Positions 48,926 to 56,262 of a stretch of DNA of 56,262 nucleotides are shown here, piece after piece (position 1 is the first letter of the stretch; the number at the start of each line of letters is the position of its first letter). The DNA is taken from the NCBI GenBank assembly GCA_012730015.1, contig JAAYBT010000221.1, forward strand, positions 1 through 56,262. Direction: 5' to 3'. The notes under the pieces were generated by a model. That model searched no databases and was not told the DNA's origin. It worked only from the letters and a program-made list of their open reading frames with translations. The position numbers and the translations under genes are program-made. This DNA comes from Clostridiaceae bacterium. GTDB lineage: Bacteria > Bacillota > Clostridia > Acetivibrionales > DTU013.

Positions 48926-48934
48926 ATTATAGCA
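48926..48934 (-). promoter_or_regulatory. Extended -10 element TGCTATAAT: candidate internal promoter for hisBAF-IE
   Basis: The minus strand reads cacatTTGCTATAATtacgg, within the 214-bp ORF-free hisC-hisB spacer. There is no good -35. Confidence 0.4.
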
Positions 48935-49074
48935 AATGTGTGTACTACAAATCCACACTATATTGAAATTTTTGCTATTCAGTTCCCCTTCTATCGGTAA
49001 GCGACAGGGCCACTTGCCAGGTGTCACTTGCTAGATGGGGTAACTAAATAGCCTCAAATTACCTGCAATGCTTG

Positions 49075-50136
49075 TTATTCACTCAAAATGCTGTCTAGTG
49101 CGGCTAATACTGCTGCCATTTCTTCATCTGTTCCAATGCTTATTCGCAGGTTGTTCTCTATCAGGGGCATCTTGAAATGCCGCACTAATATGCCGCGTTC
49201 CCGAAGCTGAGTGAATATCCTTTCCCCAGGCACGCTTTTATGCGCGGCAAATAGGAAATTGGCCGCCGAATCAGTTACGGTAAAATTCCTCCTGCGAAGC
49301 TCTCCGGCGAATACTTCACGGGTCTTAATGACCTTTTCTGTGGTCCGTCTGTAATATTCCTTGTCCCTTAGTGCCGCCGTTCCGGCTATAATGGCCAGCC
49401 TGTCTAGTGTATAGGAATTGAAGGAATTCTTCACGCTTTCCAGTGCGCAAATCAACTCTTTGTCGCCAAACGCAAGGCCAATTCTCATTCCGGCCAATGC
49501 ACGGGACTTGGAAAAGGTCTGTATCACCAGCAGATTTGGATATTCGTCAATCAGGCCCAGTGCTGACTCTCCACCATAATCGATATATGCCTCGTCAACA
49601 ATCACTACAGTATCCGGATTGCCTGCAAGCACATCACGAATAGCCGAAAGGGGCAAGGCCTTACCTGTCGGCGCGTTGGGATTTGCCAAAATAATACCCC
49701 CGCTGCTGTTCATGAGCTGATCGGAGGGTATATTGAATGTACTATCCAGCGGAGTGGTAACATAGTCAAGCCTGAAAAGCGATGCATACACCGGGTAGAA
49801 GGAATATGTAATATTGGGAAAGACAATCGTCTTTCCGGGATTGAAGAAGGCCATAAAAGAAAACGCCAGGACCTCATCGGAGCCGTTGCCGGCAAATATC
49901 TGATCCTTGCTCACCCCATAGCTCTCTGCAGCAGCGCTGATAAGCATGTCACAGGTTGGATCGGGATAAAGCCTGAGGCTGTCATCCACTGCAGCCCTAG
50001 TTGCTTCCAGTACCCTCGGCGACGGGCCGTAGGGGTTTTCATTAGTATTTAGCTTAATATATTTTTTATCCCTGGGCTGTTCACCCGGAACATATGGCTC
50101 CAGGCTCTGTGCCAGGCCACTCCAGTATTTGTTCAT
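49075..50136 (-). CDS. hisC: Histidinol-phosphate aminotransferase
   Basis: 353 aa, class-II aminotransferase with PLP-lysine region TFSKSRALAGMRIG and LNTNENPYGPSP. Confidence 0.94.
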   Translation of the reverse strand: MNKYWSGLAQSLEPYVPGEQPRDKKYIKLNTNENPYGPSPRVLEATRAAVDDSLRLYPDPTCDMLISAAAESYGVSKDQIFAGNGSDEVLAFSFMAFFNPGKTIVFPNITYSFYPVYASLFRLDYVTTPLDSTFNIPSDQLMNSSGGIILANPNAPTGKALPLSAIRDVLAGNPDTVVIVDEAYIDYGGESALGLIDEYPNLLVIQTFSKSRALAGMRIGLAFGDKELICALESVKNSFNSYTLDRLAIIAGTAALRDKEYYRRTTEKVIKTREVFAGELRRRNFTVTDSAANFLFAAHKSVPGERIFTQLRERGILVRHFKMPLIENNLRISIGTDEEMAAVLAALDSILSE

Positions 50137-50251
50137 GAAAACTATCTCCTAAATCGTCCTTATTTTTCTTCGCTTCGCACTCTTTTTTATATCATGTGCT
50201 TCGAGCTCCTTGCATTCCGCTTTCGCTTATCGCGACTATTCAGTCAGCCTT

Positions 50252-51544
50252 TTACCCAAAGCGAACCTTTATGGCATTTGCATGTCCGTCCAGGCTCTCA
50301 TACTCCGCAAATCGAACAACGTCCTCGCTGACCTTCTCCAGCGCCTTTCTTGTGTATGAAATGACACTGGATTTCTTCATATAGTCAGCCACAGTCAAGG
50401 GAGAGAAGAAGCGAGCGGTACCACCGGTGGGCAAAACATGGTTTGGACCTGCAAAATAATCACCCAGCGGCTCCGGCGACCAGTGTCCCAGAAAAATGGC
50501 GCCGGCATTTCTTACATATGCAAGGCGGCTGAATGGTTCCTCAATGCACAGCTCCAAATGCTCGGGAGCAATGCGGTTTACTATATCCATAGCCTCATCA
50601 AGATCGTTAACTATAACAGCCGCGCCATAATCGGCAAGGGACTTCTCCAGAATGCTTTTCCTGGGTAGCCTTGCAGCCTGTTTTTCAATTTCACCGACAA
50701 CCTCCTCCGCCAGTTTTTGTGAAGGGGTGACCAGTATAGAAGCCGAAAGGATATCATGCTCTGCCTGGGAAAGCAAATCCGCGGCTACATATGCCGGATT
50801 AGCAGAATCATCGGCCACAACCGTTATTTCACTTGGCCCTGCGAACATATCAATGTCGCAATACCCATACACAAGCCTTTTAGCAGTTGATACATAGATA
50901 TTTCCCGGGCCGAAAATCTTATCAACCCTCGGTACTGTCTGCGTTCCAAAAACCATTGCCGCAACAGCCTGCGCACCACCCATTTTATATATCTCGGTTA
51001 CACCTGCCTCCTGCGCCGCCACAAGCACGCCGGGATCTATACTTCCGTCCTTCCCGGGAGGAGTAGCCATGATAATTCTTTCCACTCCGGCCACCTTCGC
51101 AGGCAGCCCATTCATCAGAACCGTGGATGTCAGAACTGCCGTTCCACCGGGTACATAAATCCCTACTATCTCAAGAGGCCTGTATAGCTGCCCCAGCAAA
51201 ACACCATCGTCCTGTGTCGAAAACCATGAATTCTCCTTTTGCTTCTCGTGGAAGGACTCAATATTTGCCTTGGATCTCCTAATCACCTCAAGCATCTCCG
51301 GGTCCAAAAGGTCGTAGGCCTCCTTCATTTCCTGCTCTGAAACCCTCATGGATGCAGCATCCAGCTCAACCCTGTCGAAGCGTCTGGTATACTCCAGCAG
51401 TGCCTCGTCGCCACGGGCTCTGACACTTGAAAGGATTTCATCCACAACCCTGACTACATCCTCCTTGCCGACCCTGTCCCTGCTGATCAGCCTGTCAAAC
51501 AAGCTGTTATCCTTATCCCTGCGCATATCAATCATCTTTATCAT
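50252..51544 (-). CDS. hisD: Histidinol dehydrogenase
   Basis: 430 aa with LLSQAEHD and GDYFAGPNHVLPT. Confidence 0.96.
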   Translation of the reverse strand: MIKMIDMRRDKDNSLFDRLISRDRVGKEDVVRVVDEILSSVRARGDEALLEYTRRFDRVELDAASMRVSEQEMKEAYDLLDPEMLEVIRRSKANIESFHEKQKENSWFSTQDDGVLLGQLYRPLEIVGIYVPGGTAVLTSTVLMNGLPAKVAGVERIIMATPPGKDGSIDPGVLVAAQEAGVTEIYKMGGAQAVAAMVFGTQTVPRVDKIFGPGNIYVSTAKRLVYGYCDIDMFAGPSEITVVADDSANPAYVAADLLSQAEHDILSASILVTPSQKLAEEVVGEIEKQAARLPRKSILEKSLADYGAAVIVNDLDEAMDIVNRIAPEHLELCIEEPFSRLAYVRNAGAIFLGHWSPEPLGDYFAGPNHVLPTGGTARFFSPLTVADYMKKSSVISYTRKALEKVSEDVVRFAEYESLDGHANAIKVRFG

Positions 51545-51611
51545 AAAATCCTACCTTCCTTTTTTAGCTTGATTCCACAATTCATGGTTTCCTACATAGA
51601 CAAATTCTTCC

Positions 51612-52253
51612 TTACAGCTGCTTCCTGAGTCCATCTATGATTCTATTCACCCGTTCACTTTCCATTTTCATGCTGACTCTGTTCACCACAAGTCTGGCGC
51701 TAATATCGGCGATGGTATCGAGCACCACAAGCCCATTATCCCTTAGTGTCCTCCCGCTTTCCACCAAATCCACAATCACCTCTGAAAGCCCCACCAGAGG
51801 AGCAAGCTCCACCGATCCGCTTAACTTTATTACCTCTATGGACTCACGACGATTGTGCTCAAAATATTCTCTTGCAATGCGGGGATACTTTGTTCCAACC
51901 CTCTTGTTGTTAAGGCTGTCAAGCTTGCCGGCCAATTCGGCAGGCCCTGCAACTACCATCCTGCAGGCCGCAAACCCCAGATTGAGAACCTCATGCAAAT
52001 TCCTTCCCTCTTCAAGAAGAGTATCCTTCCCTACAACTCCCATATCAGCCGCACCATACTCCACATATGTGGGTACATCGGCGGGCTTTACAAGGAAGAA
52101 TCTGATCCTGCTTTTCTCATCCGTAAAAATCAGTTTACGGGACTCATCGCGGTATTCCGAACAGTCTATCCCGATCTTCTCCAACATCTCTATAGACAAT
52201 TCGGCCAGCCTTCCTTTGGATAACGCTATTGTCAGATATCTCAATCCACTCAC
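51612..52253 (-). CDS. hisG: ATP phosphoribosyltransferase, short form
   Basis: 213 aa (HisG-S type) with [10 protein letters not shown] and [10 protein letters not shown]. There is a 4-nt overlap with hisZ. Confidence 0.94.
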   Translation of the reverse strand: MSGLRYLTIALSKGRLAELSIEMLEKIGIDCSEYRDESRKLIFTDEKSRIRFFLVKPADVPTYVEYGAADMGVVGKDTLLEEGRNLHEVLNLGFAACRMVVAGPAELAGKLDSLNNKRVGTKYPRIAREYFEHNRRESIEVIKLSGSVELAPLVGLSEVIVDLVESGRTLRDNGLVVLDTIADISARLVVNRVSMKMESERVNRIIDGLRKQL

Positions 52254-53506
52254 CTCTTCAATAGTTCACTAATTTTTACACTGGCAACCTCGCCTGACTG
52301 TATATAATGTATTTCTACCGTATCCTCATCAATGATGCTAATTACGCCTCCGATATTTCTGTCAAGAGCATAGCTTTTAGCCTCATCTATGCTGCTGTTT
52401 GCTATGTCCATCTCCACAACAATGCCCTGCTTTCGCAGCTCCTCACACAGCTCAAAAGCCGTCCTTCTGCCTGCATCCCCATAGCATATGAAACTGTCGA
52501 CCTCCGGGCTCTCTGCCTCAATTTTCTGTCTTTGAAGTGCCTTCATAATCATATTGACACCCAGCGAGAAGCCTGTTGCGGGACAATCCATGCCGAACTC
52601 TCCCAAAAGCCTGTCATACCTTCCGCCTGTAAGTATAGGGAACCCAACCCCATAGGTAAAGCCCCTGAAAATTATGCCGGTATCATAGGACAATTCCCTC
52701 AGCATTCCAAGATCGACCGATACATACTTTCCAAAGCCATAGTCCTCAAGTATTTTCAATACCTGGCGAATGTTTTCAAGTGCTTGCCTGGATCTTCTGC
52801 TAAGTGGCTTCGACTCAACCCTTTCGATTACATCGGCAGACCCAAAGTATCCGGGCAAATCGGATATCAATTCCTTTAAATCCTCACCTATTTCGCACCT
52901 TTTCAAGAACTCCTCAAGGCCTACATAATCCTTGCGATCAATCAGCTTGCGCACCTCGGTGACATCTTCCTCGGCCAGACCGGTTTCTTCCATCAATCCA
53001 TTAAAAAACTCCACCTGCCCTATATCCACCTGGAAGCTTTCCAAGCCGGCAGCTTTAAGCGCCTTTATCGCAACGGCTATTACCTCCGCATCCGATTCGG
53101 GCGTATTGATGCCCAGTACCTCGATCCCCGCCTGGGTAAACTCATTTTGCTTACCTCCGCCGTAATCATCATACCTGAACACATTTCCCACATACGAAAC
53201 TCGCAGGGGGTATCTCGCCTCCCTGTACTTGGTTGCTGATATCCTGGCAATGGGAATAGTGATGTCAGGCCTAAGAACCAGTATCCTGCCCTGCTGGTCA
53301 AAGAACTTGAACATGTTTTCCTGAGGCATGGCAGCTTCATCAGATGCAAAAACATCAAAAAACTCAATAGTCGGAGACTCTACCTCACGAAAGCCGCAGC
53401 TTCTAAACAACGACCTAAACTTTTGCTCCAAACCTCTTTTTAGATAACAGTCCTCAAACAGGATATCCTGAACTCCATCTGCCGTATAGATTTTCCATTT
53501 GGACAT
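52250..53506 (-). CDS. hisZ: ATP phosphoribosyltransferase regulatory subunit (HisRS paralogue)
   Basis: 418 aa, class-II aaRS-like core ([10 protein letters not shown].., [10 protein letters not shown]) without tRNA-synthetase context. It sits upstream of a short-form hisG. Confidence 0.9.
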   Translation of the reverse strand: MSKWKIYTADGVQDILFEDCYLKRGLEQKFRSLFRSCGFREVESPTIEFFDVFASDEAAMPQENMFKFFDQQGRILVLRPDITIPIARISATKYREARYPLRVSYVGNVFRYDDYGGGKQNEFTQAGIEVLGINTPESDAEVIAVAIKALKAAGLESFQVDIGQVEFFNGLMEETGLAEEDVTEVRKLIDRKDYVGLEEFLKRCEIGEDLKELISDLPGYFGSADVIERVESKPLSRRSRQALENIRQVLKILEDYGFGKYVSVDLGMLRELSYDTGIIFRGFTYGVGFPILTGGRYDRLLGEFGMDCPATGFSLGVNMIMKALQRQKIEAESPEVDSFICYGDAGRRTAFELCEELRKQGIVVEMDIANSSIDEAKSYALDRNIGGVISIIDEDTVEIHYIQSGEVASVKISELLKR

Positions 53507-53578
53507 TCTTTACACCTCGCTGATTTCACTTTTCTACTCTGCCGCTTTACCACGCTAAACTTATAAATTGATGAAACA

Positions 53579-53607
53579 ATTATAGAATAAGACCACTGAT
53601 TTGTCAA
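53579..53607 (-). promoter_or_regulatory. Consensus sigma-A promoter of the his operon (TTGACA-17-TATAAT)
   Basis: The -35 TTGACA is at 53602-53607 and the -10 TATAAT at 53579-53584, with an exact 17-nt spacer. It lies about 70 nt upstream of the hisZ ATG. Confidence 0.75.
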
Positions 53608-53639
53608 TGGCCTTTTCAAAAACACGTATAATAACCCTC

Positions 53640-55607
53640 CTACTGCTTCAATACCTCTTCCACTTCAGATGCGGGCATTGGCTTGTAATAATAGAAGCCC
53701 TGTACCTCGTCGCATAGCTCACTGAACAAAAAATCATTCTGATTCTTTTTTTCGACTCCCTCAGCCACTACATTGATTCCCATGCTTCTGGCTAAAACAA
53801 TTACAGCTCTGATGATAGCTTCATCATGGTTTCCAGTGTCTATCCCCTGTATAAAAGACATATCCATTTTTATTCTGTCGGCTGGAAGGTGCTTAAGATA
53901 ATTCAGAGAAGAATACTCCGTCCCGAAATCGTCAATTGCGATGTGGATGCCCATATTCTTAATATTTGTCAACGTCTCCACTATGCTTTCCTTTTCCTTC
54001 ATTGCAATGGTTTCTGTAATCTCAAGCTCAAGGTACTCAGGAGCAAGACCGGTTTCCCTGATAATTTCCTCCAGCGTATCGATGATGCGCCGATTCTGTA
54101 GTTGTACTACGGAAATGTTAACAGTAACTCGAACCTTCGGATAGCCTGCATCCTGCCAGGCCTTGTTTTGAATACAGGCAGTTCGCAAAACCCACTTCCC
54201 TATTGGAACAATCAAACCATTTTGCTCTGCTATTGGTATGAACTTTTTAGGATATATCATGCCAAATTCAGGATGATTCCACCTAATCAATGCTTCCATG
54301 CCTACAATCCGTTCCTGATTGCAGCTGACAAGAGGCTGGTAGTAAAGCTCCAGCTCATTGCGCTCCAATGCCTGATATAATCCGGCGGATAGCTTTAGTG
54401 TCTCATCTGCTATGGCTTTCATTTCATAATCGCAAATGACATACTGGTTTTTGCCATTTCTCTTAGCCTCATACATGGCAATATCTGCATTCTTAATCAG
54501 TATATCTGCGTTATTACCATCGGCTGGGTATATAACTACGCCAATACTGGCTGTCACAAAACAGTCCCGGCCATTAAGTACAAAGGGGTTATCGAAGGTT
54601 CGGAGGATTCTCTCAGCCACCATCTCAGCCTCACAGATGCTCTCCAGGTTTTCAATCATGATATTGAATTCGTCTCCTCCGATCCTGGAGGCAATATCGC
54701 CTTTCTTCAGGGTTAAGGTCAGTCTTTGTGATAAACTTGCTAGCAATTGGTCGCCCATTGCATGCCCCATATTATCATTAATCGACTTAAAATCATCCAG
54801 GTCAAGATACATGAGTGCAAAAGGTTTTCCGCTCTTATCTGAATCTGATATAGCCCGGTTGATATGATCAGTAAAAAGCATGCGATTAGGAAGCCCTGTA
54901 AGGTTATCATGATAAGCAAGATGCTCGATTTCACGCTGACTGGCTGTTATTTCCTCATTCAAGGCCATTATTTCATCTCTCTCACTCAATGCAATCATAT
55001 AGTGCTTTTGTGCACTTAAGTACCTATCATTGCTAATTTTATGAACTACAACGGCAACGACACATATAGCCGGCATCAGAATCGCCTGCTGAGTAATATG
55101 GTATACCTGACTCATCTGCACATCAGGCACTTGGGGAAATTTAAAAACTATATAAGCACCGGAAATCAGCATAGCTGCCGCTATCGTATATAGCATGGTT
55201 CTGGAGACTCGTATCATTGAAAGCAGGATCAGAATGAAGGCGACATACCATATGGCCATCCCAATATCATCATAAAACCTAAAGGTTGTAAAAATCAGCG
55301 TGAAGCCGGAAAGTATTGAAACTAATAACGTGGCTGTATAGGTCTTCAGCTTTATTCTTGTAACTAAACCAAAAGCAACAGACAGAAAAAGATATGTGAG
55401 GCCATTAATTAAGGACGCTCTTAATGTGTTCATCCGCATGAAATAGTCAAGCGCAAAGGTAGCTATTGTTGCAAGCAACAGCAATCTTGAAGCAAACATA
55501 CTCACCATTATGTTTTCATAATAACTAACTTCTTCAATATCCTTTGCATCCCTAATAGCATTAAGCACATCCGGGATGGTACGTCTTACATTGTGCCGGT
55601 CCTTCAT
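53640..55607 (-). CDS. Membrane-bound GGDEF/EAL protein (diguanylate cyclase/phosphodiesterase)
   Basis: 655 aa with about 6 N-terminal TM segments, an intact RIGGDEFNIM motif, and an EAL domain with MEALIRW and DDFGTEYSS. Confidence 0.92.
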   Translation of the reverse strand: MKDRHNVRRTIPDVLNAIRDAKDIEEVSYYENIMVSMFASRLLLLATIATFALDYFMRMNTLRASLINGLTYLFLSVAFGLVTRIKLKTYTATLLVSILSGFTLIFTTFRFYDDIGMAIWYVAFILILLSMIRVSRTMLYTIAAAMLISGAYIVFKFPQVPDVQMSQVYHITQQAILMPAICVVAVVVHKISNDRYLSAQKHYMIALSERDEIMALNEEITASQREIEHLAYHDNLTGLPNRMLFTDHINRAISDSDKSGKPFALMYLDLDDFKSINDNMGHAMGDQLLASLSQRLTLTLKKGDIASRIGGDEFNIMIENLESICEAEMVAERILRTFDNPFVLNGRDCFVTASIGVVIYPADGNNADILIKNADIAMYEAKRNGKNQYVICDYEMKAIADETLKLSAGLYQALERNELELYYQPLVSCNQERIVGMEALIRWNHPEFGMIYPKKFIPIAEQNGLIVPIGKWVLRTACIQNKAWQDAGYPKVRVTVNISVVQLQNRRIIDTLEEIIRETGLAPEYLELEITETIAMKEKESIVETLTNIKNMGIHIAIDDFGTEYSSLNYLKHLPADRIKMDMSFIQGIDTGNHDEAIIRAVIVLARSMGINVVAEGVEKKNQNDFLFSELCDEVQGFYYYKPMPASEVEEVLKQ

Positions 55608-55694
55608 ACAAAATCCCTCTGATCATTTCTTTATTGGGCATTTCTAAGCTTGTGTTTGCTACATAATGCTTTTCCATCTGTGTGGATTGACATA

Positions 55695-55723
55695 ATTATA
55701 ACAATATCTATATTATCACACAA
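55695..55723 (-). promoter_or_regulatory. Candidate promoter TTGTGT-17-TATAAT for the GGDEF/EAL gene
   Basis: Hexamer match on the minus strand in an AT-rich spacer. Confidence 0.35.
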
Positions 55724-55777
55724 TAACTATGAAGCAACAGGATGTTTTAAAATATGCATCATTACAGATGAGTACCT

Positions 55778-56262
55778 CTACAGGCATCTACCCTTCAAAA
55801 TAGTCCTCTCGACATTGAAATCCCAGTCAAGAATATTCATGTCTGCATCATAGCCTTCTGCAATTCTCCCCAGATAATTTTCGACGCCAAGAACCTTTGC
55901 AGGATTTAACGTTGCCATTTTCAACACCTTTACCGGGTCAATGCCCACTTCGTTTATCATATTTCTGACAGCTTCGGCCATCATTATTATGCTTCCCGCC
56001 AGGGCGCCGTTCTTCAGCCTCGCACCATTGTCAGTCACAATTACATGCTGATCTCCCAGCCTGTACATCCCCTTCTTGAGGCATGTCGCGCACAGCGAAT
56101 CAGTAACGATTATGCATTTGTCCTCACCCTTCGCAAGAACAATCAGCTTGAGTATATCCTTATTAAGATGCAATAGATCGGGTATGAACTCAACGTAAAC
56201 CCCTTCGTTAGTTAATCCGCCGCCCACGACTCCGGGGTCCCTATGATGGAGTGTATCCATGC
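55778..56262 (-). CDS. nagA: N-acetylglucosamine-6-phosphate deacetylase, C-terminal part (gene continues beyond the window)
   Basis: The open frame runs to the window edge. The amidohydrolase C-terminal pattern ..IVTDS.., LAGS.., ATLNPAKVLG, G.I..GYDAD is typical of NagA. Confidence 0.75.
   Translation of the reverse strand, partial: MDTLHHRDPGVVGGGLTNEGVYVEFIPDLLHLNKDILKLIVLAKGEDKCIIVTDSLCATCLKKGMYRLGDQHVIVTDNGARLKNGALAGSIIMMAEAVRNMINEVGIDPVKVLKMATLNPAKVLGVENYLGRIAEGYDADMNILDWDFNVERTILKGRCL

Overview
Chromosomal segment of a Firmicutes/Clostridia-type genome; the taxon is inferred from the CIRCE-groESL arrangement, HisZ plus short-form HisG, a split transketolase and strong GGAGG ribosome-binding sites. 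All of the roughly 50 genes I can support lie on the minus strand. In direction of transcription (right to left): nagA (3' part), a membrane GGDEF-EAL protein, a his operon hisZGDCBAF-IE with no hisH, groES-groEL with a perfect CIRCE operator, a small DMT protein, a metallophosphoesterase, a 2-TM protein, MgtC, a Ca-type P-type ATPase, a GldA/F/G-like ABC system with a DUF4340-like protein, a YkvI-like protein, a membrane-anchored unknown, CvpA, and ilvD-ilvB. Next comes a ~14.5-kb accessory catabolic block: a GntR/FadR regulator, split transketolase, a GarR-like reductase, an SDR, four VOC/glyoxalase-fold genes, a CUT1 sugar ABC transporter, a GH51 arabinofuranosidase, a GH1 beta-glucosidase and a Gfo/Idh/MocA oxidoreductase. 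The window ends with the core cluster rpmG-secE-nusG-rplKAJL-rpoBC. I found no rRNA, tRNA, CRISPR array, transposase, integrase or recognisable defence-system hallmark. The most unusual signals are non-coding. (1) A REP-like palindromic repeat family (core TGACACAGGG/CCCTGTGTCA) occurs after rpoC and after groEL, and as a ~98-nt in-frame insertion in the HisI-HisE linker of hisIE. (2) Two directly oriented copies of a ~145-nt structured element bracket the accessory block; every imperfect base pair in its helices becomes a G-U wobble only on the minus strand. (3) A second ~37-nt repeat is shared by two unrelated intergenic regions. (4) The accessory block carries decayed gene remnants (SDR, possibly HxlR) and perfect palindromic operator candidates. 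Several ORF-track starts were moved to starts with proper Shine-Dalgarno spacing. All hairpin and repeat calls were made by eye, and no folding energies or database searches were run.
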